Shown: positions 1 to 9,500 of the stretch, piece by piece
How positions within the stretch are numbered: the stretch's first letter is position 1
Layout of the letters: each line of letters begins with the position of its first letter
NCBI GenBank assembly: GCA_045837725.1
Contig: JBEWZL010000300.1
Coordinates: 1 to 64,000 of the forward strand
DNA length: 64,000 nucleotides
Source: Vermamoeba vermiformis
Taxonomy: Eukaryota
Direction of reading: 5' to 3'
The notes under the pieces: generated by a model
Seen by the model: the letters and a program-made list of their open reading frames with translations, nothing else
What the model was told of the DNA's origin: nothing
Database searches by the model: none
Made by a program: the position numbers and the translations under genes

Positions 1-2150
1 GGCCCCAGCTCCGTGGTATCTCCTAGGCGTAAAATTAGCATCAGTTAATTAAAATATTAATATATAAGGGGGATCACTTACCTTTAAGGCAATCGATGCC
101 CCGTATAGAAATTTTAGCTGATCGAGACGCGTTGGATCCCGATCTCGTAAATGTTCAACAGAAGTCTCCTTCGCCATTTCTATTGATATAATGCGTTAGT
201 AATGGATAATGTCTATATGTATATGTACTTACCGTCCGCAGATCGGCAATGTAATGGATCTAATAACGCGAGAAGATCGCGTTCGAGATCCGTCCCGTGT
301 AACTTTTAACGCCTAAATAAATAGCATTAGAATATTAAATAGTAATAACATAATAAATTTAAACTACTTACGCTTGAAGAATTAGCGGGGATTGAGCGAT
401 TGACTTCGCGACGATCCGCACATCACGTCTGCGCAGACAACACTGAAATAATCTATAAATTAACGATTATTATATTGTATTGATAATATAATAAGCAATG
501 ATTTAAACTTTGCACGAGCACGAAGCTCGATCTGATATCTCTAATTTTTAAAAATTTAACTTGATTTTTAAATGATTAATCGAGGCATTGGAATGATTAT
601 TTTATCGCTATTGAATATATTTAATTACTTACTGAATTATTTCGAGGGTCTGGGCGGATTCGATCTCGCCATCAAGTTACCGACCCCGTCGGCGAGCAAT
701 GGTGATCGTCCCCGCAGCGGGAAACGAGCGGAAGGCACCAATATACCACAATACGACCATTGGTGGTCGGGATCTCGCGCATCGAAAGTGACTGGAACTT
801 TCGATCGCGTTAAAAATTCGTAACAATAATCTAAATAAAAAATTACGTGTTAGAATATTGTATTTAATATAATTTGATAAATATAAGTTCAAAATCCGGA
901 TAAAATCCGAGCACGAAGCTCGATCCGGATCTGATTACATTTTAATTGAAAATTTAAAAATTGAATTTACAATATTGTAATTATATAAATGGTGGAAGGA
1001 TATTAAAAAAATTATTACCTTAAATTATCTCGGTCACTGCACCGAGATCTGATCGCGTTTTTGTTTGCGATCTTAAAGCCGCGCTGGAACGACGCTGATT
1101 GTCGTTTGGCGCGTGTGTGTTAATAAATAATAAGCTATTTAAATAAACAAATCGACCCTTGTGGCCGATCTGTTGCGAATCCGAGATTCGCTACGGTCAA
1201 TCCTCGAAATAACTCGCGCTGAACGGCCGTCGTGGCCGTGGCGCGTAACTGTCTGCTGTTAATAAGCCATAATAAATAAATATAACGACCTTTGTGGTCG
1301 TTCTGTTGAATTACTGATGCGAAATAGCCCGTGCGCCATTTTCGCATCAGCTCAGATTTGTAATATCTCGCGCTGGAACGGCTCTGATGCCGTGGCGCGT
1401 TACTATCAGCTGTAATTTAACGTTGTAATACCAACAAATAAATAAATCGACCCTTGTGGTCGATCTGTTGGCTAAAGTTTAAAATAAATGTCAAAACTGA
1501 CGCGTGCGATTTTGGAAATTCCAAATAACTCGCGCTGTAACGGCTCTTGTGCCGTGGCGCGTTACTGTCATTTGGATAATCATCTGAATGAAAATATTGA
1601 ATATTCAATACGACCGTTGTGGTTGATCTGTCGCGACTTAAAGAAAAATTGACGCGTGCGATCTTGTCTTGCTGGTAATCGCGGCAGAAATTCTTAAAAA
1701 TGACTGTCAATCGTATTAATAATGCCAATAATGCCATAAATTGACGCGAGTAACGAGAATCTCGTTAATCTCGCGGATTTAGAATTCGATCGAGGTTTAA
1801 ATCTGACCTCGAACGCATCCAAAAATTAAATTATAGTGTAGTTGTTATTATTACGTACCTGAAATTATATGAGAGCATTAAGTTTCCATTACTCTTCTTT
1901 GATCCGTCATTCTGACAGGACGGATCTCCGCGACGTTTTCTCCGCTTCTTCGCCACCGAGAATTTTTCTGGCATTTTTCCACGTTGATAGTCGGCAGTCT
2001 AAACAATAGGAAATCAATAAAAATCAATAATGAATTTTTCTCTTAAAGTTAGCGATCCGGATCCCCTCGAGGGCCCTGGGGACCCGTCGCTATTTCTCGC
2101 TTACCTCGTCGATTTTATCGGGGACCCTTACTGGTCCCAATAGCTCATTA
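1..2150 (-). other. Spliced minus-strand transcription unit without a continuous ORF (lncRNA, pseudogene or TE transcript); runs off the window
   Basis: Minus-strand donors at ~2104 (GTAAG), ~1858 (GTACG), ~1018 (GTAAT), ~680 (GTAAC), ~371, ~232 and ~81 (GTAAG). Acceptors at ~1999, ~831, ~454, ~313, ~180 and ~23, several with CTAA branch points. Joining the exons by hand gives in-frame stops. Confidence 0.45.
1078..1665. repeat. Four degenerate tandem copies of a ~135-160 bp unit
   Basis: CGCGCTG(G/T)AACG..GCCGTGGCGCGT starts at ~1080, ~1213, ~1368 and ~1529. Each copy is followed by CGACC(C/T/G)TTGTGG(T/C)(C/T)G(A/T)TCTGT at ~1153, ~1286, ~1448 and ~1611. Confidence 0.85.
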
Positions 2151-2200
2151 TTGGAGCTATCTCACCGTACTGTTGCGAAATTGAATAAACTCGTTACTGT

Positions 2201-3544
2201 TCAATTTCGTTCAGTTTGCGCCGATTTTTGCCAGATTTTTTCGGGGCCCCTCTCCGCCTCCAATTTCCGGTCTTTGGGGGCCCCTTCCTTGCTCCCTAAC
2301 CCTAACCCTGTCTTTGTGACCATAGTATTTTTTTTCTTGAAGTGAACCTTTGATTGAATAATGTCTTCCATTGTTGTCTTTGAGAACTCTGATACTGCCA
2401 CAAACTTGTCTTCAGAGCATAGTTTGCCTTCAGCTTTCATCACTGACATTCTCATGGAGTGTTTCTTCAAGTCCCTGGCTGACTTTCTAGCTTTCTTTCT
2501 TTGATTAAGATAGAACTTCTTGACTGCTTTGATTTGTCTCAACCTAATATAGTTATTTTCATTTAACTTAACAATTTTAAGTAGTTTAAGGATACAGCTG
2601 ATGTTAGAGCAAACTGTTGAAGCCATCTTCTTTCCTTTTCTTGTTTTCTTTTTGCCTATAGTTAAGAAGAACTGCTTATTAATATCAATAGACTGAAAGA
2701 ACTTTGCAGGTGTTGGGTAATGATTAGTTAATTTGATGAATGACTTTGTTTTCAAGTCTTTCATCAAAAATATAATTATGGATACTAATGTTGATGATAA
2801 TAGTCTTGAGTTATTGTTATTTGACTCTGAGTCAATCTCCTGAATGAGATCAGCCCAGTACTTAGCCTTGATCAATTTTGATTTGATCAGTTTCCAGTTG
2901 ATTGGCTTAGACTTCTTTTTCTTCTTCTTTTTGATTGGTTCTTCTTCAACTGCCTCTTCAACAGCTTGTTGGATGTTGAATTCTTCAATCTCTTCTTCAA
3001 TCTGTTGCTGCATTGGCTTTGGAATTCTTCTCATGTTCAATGGGTCTGCTCTAATTACTTGCTCTGCTTCTATTTCTTCTTTAGACTCCTTCATTTCACT
3101 TCTTTTTCTCCATCTGTTGACTCTCTGAATCCATTTTCTTCCTTCTGTTGACTTCTTGAGCAGAGCATTCTCCATCCAGAAAACCTCTCTGAACCTAACT
3201 TCTACTTTGTAGAGCAACTTATTGCCCTCAAATTTGAATGAATACACATTAGTAATCTCTCCTCCTAACTCCTCCTCAGCAGTAGGCCTATGGTTATGAA
3301 CCTTTGGTCTATTCCTGGGATTTGTAGCAGAGAAGAGTTCAATGATAGTATATCTATTAGCAGGAGAGTACCTTAAAATGCCAGAGCAGCAGTTGTTCTT
3401 CAAGTGGGGTATCACTGACTTGAACATGAGCTCTTTGTAGCAGAGGGGGCAGTCTACCTGCTTACAACTTAGGTTGAATGAATGCCAGTGAGCCAACTGC
3501 CTGGTCATTTCATCTTTATCAAAGGCTTTGAATATATCTTGCAT
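2201..3544 (-). CDS. Intronless element-encoded protein: Zn-finger-like N-terminus, chromo-like segment, helical (integrase core-binding-like) region; probably truncated near 2330
   Basis: 447-aa ORF. Contains CPLC..HLKNNC, ITNVYSFKFEGNKLLYKVEVRFREVFWMENALL (chromo-like), a poly-K NLS and a basic helical region. The last ~40 aa translate unrelated GC-rich and telomeric DNA. Confidence 0.6.
   Translation of the reverse strand: MQDIFKAFDKDEMTRQLAHWHSFNLSCKQVDCPLCYKELMFKSVIPHLKNNCCSGILRYSPANRYTIIELFSATNPRNRPKVHNHRPTAEEELGGEITNVYSFKFEGNKLLYKVEVRFREVFWMENALLKKSTEGRKWIQRVNRWRKRSEMKESKEEIEAEQVIRADPLNMRRIPKPMQQQIEEEIEEFNIQQAVEEAVEEEPIKKKKKKKSKPINWKLIKSKLIKAKYWADLIQEIDSESNNNNSRLLSSTLVSIIIFLMKDLKTKSFIKLTNHYPTPAKFFQSIDINKQFFLTIGKKKTRKGKKMASTVCSNISCILKLLKIVKLNENNYIRLRQIKAVKKFYLNQRKKARKSARDLKKHSMRMSVMKAEGKLCSEDKFVAVSEFSKTTMEDIIQSKVHFKKKNTMVTKTGLGLGSKEGAPKDRKLEAERGPEKIWQKSAQTERN
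2294..2309. repeat. Short interstitial telomere-like tract (CCCTAA)2CCCT
   Basis: Sequence ccctaaccctaaccct, located at the boundary between CpG-rich and CpG-free DNA. Confidence 0.6.
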
Positions 3545-5670
3545 AGTGTTATTATTAAAAAATTAAAAAGGGTTCCCTTGTGGTGCTGTGTTTTTAAAAA
3601 AACAACAAAATAAATTGGACAAAAAAAATTGATTTGTGATTTGTAACAGCTAGTTTTTCATGAAAAATACATTATGTCTGCAACCTCAGCTTTGTTTACT
3701 GAACCTGCATGTACATTTCATAAGCAAACCAACAAAGCAAAGCGCACTCAATTCTGTTAATTACTAAGGTATTTCAAAATGCATTTTGCCTGGCTTTGAC
3801 AGGGGTCAATAACTTTTTTTTTAAAGCATCACTTTTTGTGATTGATCCTTAATCTGCATGTCATTAGGAGTCTAACACAGCAAACCGCATTGGAATCTGT
3901 TAATTACTAAGGGAGATCAAAATGCATTTTGACCCCAGAAACTTGCCTTTTTTGGCAGGTTGCGTACTCTGCCTGCAGCATCCCAGGTTCAAAACCCACT
4001 GCTTGCAACCATTTTTTTTTTATTTTTTCTTCTTTGTTAAGGCTGCTTATAGGCACTGTTTCATATGTAGTTTAATGTTTTCCATTGCATTATGCCTATT
4101 TCATGGCCTTTCTGCTTGATTCCACTTGTTCCTTCTTATTGCCTGTTTGGTTTCAACTACCTCTGCTACTTGGTCTCATGCCCTTAACTGCAATTTTCCA
4201 CCACTGCCTTGATTACTGTGGTATAATAGCACCTATACAGCACCTTGTATCATCACCCAGTGACTTGGCATTCTCATTACACTTGGCTCTAACTCCTGGA
4301 ATTTTAGGTGCCCAGGTCAACATTGCTCCAATTTTCTCTCTTCAACTCTACTGCCAAAGCCCATCTACTTAGTACAAGTTGTTAGTACCCTTCAAGCACT
4401 AACTGGGGGGACTATTGCTTATGCCCCTTCAGTCCCCATTGCAAGGTGCAAGTCAAGTCAAGTCATGCTCATTGGTGAGCTGAGGCAGGGCCTTCTTCCC
4501 TGCCTCAAAAACTATTACCTCCACCAACATTATCCTAATTCTACTAATCAATGACTGTTGGATGTCCTCCTTGATTGCAGGCAGTCTGCCTTGACCCTGT
4601 CCTTCCCTGATTGCATTTCAGCTCCAGTGGCCTAGATAAGCACGACCTTGCTTCCTTTCCATATCATTTGAGTTTGGTCTTTATATTTACATCCTATACT
4701 GATAGTATATACTATAGGGACATCTTATATAGCATGTTTTGTCAAAATTTTAGCAGATCCAGTGAAAAAACTCCATGAATTGCATATTTTGAATTTATGC
4801 CTATGATTTAAGATGTCCCATGATTATAGTGATGCTATTACATGTCTGATAATATACTTTAACTTTAGTTTTCCAAAAAAACACTTGTTGGAGGCTGTTT
4901 ACCAATCAACTTGTCACCAACTCTCTTCAAACTTCATTTATATCAGCTCTACCACTTGTTTCCCTTGTTTGAAGGCAGTACTACGTCCTGCCTTGATCTT
5001 GTTCAATTGAATTTATGCCAAATATTTGCAAAACCAGTCAGTGCCTGTTCCTTGCTCTTCTTGAGGGGAGGCAGGGCCTTCATCCCTGCCTCAAAACTAT
5101 TACAACCTCTACAAACACGTTATATAGACTTGTATCAATGCTATTATATCATTTCCCTCTGATTGCAGGCAGTCTTACAGCCTGCCTGGTAACTGGTATC
5201 AGAGGAACCAGCTAAATTGCACCTTCTGCAACCAAATCTGCAAATTTGCAGATGTACTATTTTATTAAATTTGTCACCTTTTTCAGTCATTTTGATTCTC
5301 TTTATTCATATTTTGAACCTTTTTTACAAGCAGCGCATCAATTGCGCAATTCGAATATTTTAATTTTTTTTGCACTTTGCCAATCCTTTCCAAAATCAAT
5401 TTTTAAGCTTGTAACAGCATTTTTACATGTATTAAAGGTATTATTTTATTATTCTGATCATCTTTTTTTACCAAAGCCTGTCATCAGCAGTGTCATCTGC
5501 CCTGTCATCAGTTGTTGTCATCGGCACCCAAATTTTCGCAAAATTATTTCGGACTTACCTCAACTTTCTCATCATTTTTGATAATTTGGGCATAATTAGC
5601 CTCCTCTGAAGTGTATTTGGGCAAATTTTGAGACGCGCTGCCCTCGGCCTAGCGGCCTCGGACAGCGCCA
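2310..5670 (-). mobile_element. Putative truncated DNA transposon or integrated element (possibly tyrosine-recombinase class)
   Basis: Sharp compositional block with almost no CpG, an intronless ORF, internal duplications (3705/3854 and 4483/5068) and a GC-rich hairpin at 5635-5668. Boundaries are approximate. Confidence 0.5.
4483..5178. repeat. Two ~105-bp direct repeats (4483-4590 and 5068-5178), each starting with a GAGGCAGGG/CCCTGCCTC hairpin
   Basis: gaggcagggccttc(t/a)tccctgcctcaaaactattac...tgattgcaggcagtct occurs twice. Confidence 0.8.
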
Positions 5671-5863
5671 AAGATCCCATTGTATACTAAAGCAAAAAGT
5701 GAAAGATAAGAAATGTGTAAGACATACACAAGAAAATCAGCAAAAGAACAAAGAGAAGAAATAGTGAAGAAAGCTTTATCTGATAATTTTATAGGAGTAA
5801 TGGAACCATAGGCAATTTGCTAATGGTTGTTTATTAGAGAACAAAAATGGAACAATGGAGCAC

Positions 5864-6445
5864 TCAAATGTTCCTTTCATTGTGCCAGTGCACAGGTACT
5901 GTAGCAAGAAGTAGGAGAAAGTCTTTGGAAAATTGATTCTTCAAATTTTGTCGTGTACAAGGTTGAAATAATGATGTGTTGATGACTTGCTGATCCTCAT
6001 AAATTGTTTGCACGTGCATAATGCACTGTTCAATGTGTTCAGCCTGAGGTACATCATAGTCTTGCTTTTTTCTACTGAACTTTGGCTTGTTTGGAGAAGC
6101 TTCAATTTCATGAGTTTTGCTTCTTTGGTTCAAGGCTTTCTTACCTTTAATTTTTTTGATAAACACTAATGAACGTGGACGAAATGACCCAAGAGCAAAA
6201 ATGTAATAAATAATGAGATAATGAAGCACACAAACAAACATCGTCCTTTTCTCATCCTTGCCAAGGCATGCTCAGGATCAACTATGGACCATCCCATTTT
6301 TGTTATTGCAGTTTATCATGGTTCAGGAATGTATCCCTAATGCCTCACATCACATTAAATTCCATGGTCATTGAACTTGCTTGGAATAACAAAGGGGCCT
6401 CCTTGTTCTTCATATTGCCTCCAACAGTCAGAATAACTAACCATT
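5864..6445 (-). pseudogene. Decayed coding fragment in CpG-poor DNA
   Basis: Minus frame reads VSYSDCWRQYEEQGGPFVIPSKFNDHGI*CDVRH*GYIPEP**TAITKMGWS. The interspersed TAA/TAG/TGA stops are compatible with C>T decay. Confidence 0.35.
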
Positions 6446-6586
6446 AAAAAACACAGCTTAAACATAAGCTAGCTCAAAAGGGTTTGGCACCAATACTAAT
6501 GCTCCACCAGCTAAGATTGTCTTTCCATTGCTGCTGGGTGGAAATTCCTTCTACACATCATACAAAACCCCCCAATTTTATTCAAA

Positions 6587-9500
6587 TTACACTTTTCTAC
6601 CAGTTTGCTTTTGAATATACTGCTTATCTGCCTCAGTCAGCTCATTGAAGGCAGACTTGGCTATAGATGTGAAATTTCTAGAAAAGCATTAGCTTAGAGC
6701 ATAGAACTATACAAATTGAAGTGTTACCTTGCAATATAATCAACACACTCCTTTAGCAAATCCTTTTGGCTATACAATGAAGCAAGTGTTAGCAACTGGC
6801 AAACATTGGTCTTGTTGATCAATCGCTTCAAAATTGATTCAGCAAAGTTTTGAATTGTCTCCAACCAAAATTCATGCGCATGCACAAAAATCTGCCACCA
6901 TGTTAGAATGAAAATCCAGGTCAACACTAACATACCTCTGCAACTTCCACAACATCGTCATCTACAAATGTCATCTTGTCACTGTAGATATATGCAAGAA
7001 TTCGTTCAAATGTTGAGCAGCTAATGTCATGAAGTTCAATAGCCGTTGCCGCACCTTCTTTCCAGAACGACCCTGGATGGAACATATTTCTAAAATACGG
7101 GCACCGTGCACTGAAATCAAGTTAGACTAGAAACGCACATAATACTGTTTACCTTAAGATAAATTTGTGCAATTTGTACGCTTTCTGCTCAACTTTAACC
7201 TCAATATCTGAAAATTCGGCCATCGCCTGGATTTGTGCGATTTCGGTGGCTAACGTGGAGTACGTAGCATATTGTTTCTGCCAATATTAGTACGTAAATA
7301 CGATAATCTTGATCGATTACTCACAACACCCAACATAAAGTAGCACTGATCTTCCAAAAATTTGAATTTGTAACGCGCTGCAAGCTTGGCTAAAATGTCA
7401 AAATCGACCCCATCGATGTTCGTTTCAAACACGCTGTCGCAGTAGATAAACAGCAAGAAGACTGCCAAACAATGAATATGTGCTGGTTATAATTAATCGA
7501 TACTTACGTCTGAATTCTCTTGGCGGCACTCCTTTTACAGGTATCTCGCGGAGTTTCGGATCTGAAGCAAACAACTTTCGGAAGTATTCGCTGCGTGCAG
7601 CTAACACTATTTTGTTCACCAAGAACTCCCGAGTAACACCATCGTGTTGGACAACAAATTTCAAATCAGAAAACGCATTTGACATGCCAGTGATAAAAGC
7701 TTGAGACAGGTCGCGCGACATTAGTCCTAATCCGTCTAAAAAAAATTAGCCGTCGAAATAAGAAATAAGCTGAACCTACCAGAGACCAAGTACATTGGCT
7801 GTTCAGGGTTTGACACCTGCACTATTTTGGCAAATTGTCGTGCTGGATATTCAACAGTGACCATCGCACAACGATCAACCCCTCCTTTCAGCACACCAAT
7901 GTGTTCTGGCAAAAGTCAGTTACCAGTTTACACCACTTATCACGATAAGCACTTACCAGTGGCAATCATAATAATTGATGATGCGCATTCGATATCAAAG
8001 ACTTTACCCCAAAAATCCTGCACACTAATCAGTCGATAGGAGTCTCGGTCCCAATAGAATGCAATTGTTTTGCTCCTCTCGTAATACACAAAGAAAGAAT
8101 GCTGGCCTATTAAAAAAATATTATTTTGTGCGTTTTGCTTCACGAAGTTCTTACTTGCAAATATCTTAAACGGCGTGTATCGATAAAGCGTTCGAATCTG
8201 TCGTGCGTAGGCATTTGGTTCGTCCTCATTCACACTCCCAACCAGATAGAGTTCGTCTGAACATCAGGTTAATACGTAAAGTTTAGACTTAAGAATTACC
8301 TTGTGTTGCAGCCAAGCTGTACCCCGCTCCTGCAGCAATGTTGTAGACGCGGTATTTCGTTAATTGAGGCAATAAAGCCGGTACCATCATATCTAAATTG
8401 CCATCTTCGCCTGTTGCCATTTGTCCGAACGCTCCGCTGCCAAAGCCCCAAACTCGCCCGGCCGCTGATCATCAGATTAGTCATAAAAAGATCATAGTGC
8501 ACTTACAATCGAGACAAATAGTGTGGCTACGTCCGCAAGCAAGTTTTGTGATCCGATTGTTCTGAAGGCCATTGAATTTCACAAGATAAGGCTTCGGACG
8601 GGAGTACGCTTGTTGACTCGTTGAAATTTGGTCGAGAACTGCAACCTCATAGCCGAGCTTTCCATTCGACACTTGGCCCCACGCGTAGACATTGCCGCTC
8701 TCGGTAAGTGCAACCGTATGGAACTCACCAAAATCTACTTGTTGCACCTTTTCACCAATGGGTAATTGCACTCTTTGAGGTGTTCTTCGGCGTAGAGTGT
8801 CTTCAATATAATTGCCACATTGTCCGCATTCATTACTGTAAAATTGTTAATAATCAACCAGCTTTGCTGCTACTTACTTTCCGAACATCCATAGGTTTCC
8901 ATCCGCCGTTAAAATCGCAGTAACATCGTATTTCTGCTTCGCGAAAACAATGTTGGGAAGCAACGACAACATTTCGTCCACAACAATGTCATAAGACCCG
9001 TTGACCGTGTTCGTGCACACCTCGCGGAAAACCATGCCGGTTGTCTTTGTGGTATTTTGATCTTCGTTTTTAATACTCGTGGGCGGTGGCATCGCTTCTT
9101 GGATCGTAGACAAGGGCTTTTCAGTAGTCGATGGAGCAACAGGGATATCTCCTTTCCGCTCCATTTCAACTGACAGTTTCAGCTCACGTGATAACTTCAA
9201 TGCCGCAATCTTTTGTTGAAGTTTCTTCTCTTCTTCACTTGGTGGAACTCTTTCAGGGATAACCGATAAGTTCACATCGACTTTGTCTCGTCTTCGCTCT
9301 CGCTCAATATCGTTTCCTAAGAGGTCGTATTTGACATGATCCAGAAGCGCATTGATGCGCAGTTGTGAAGCATTCGTATGATTAATTAACAAACTAGGCG
9401 GCGTTGAGGTAGGTCGTCTAAACCATCGCTCTAGCTGCATCGAAAAATTCTCCGTAGTTTGCTCCAATTCTGTTGAACAAGCGTTAGAAAGAACGAAACA

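Noticed and set aside
1078-1665. CRISPR array
   Set aside because: The repeats are degenerate and bipartite, the period is ~150 bp, the context is eukaryotic and no cas genes are present.
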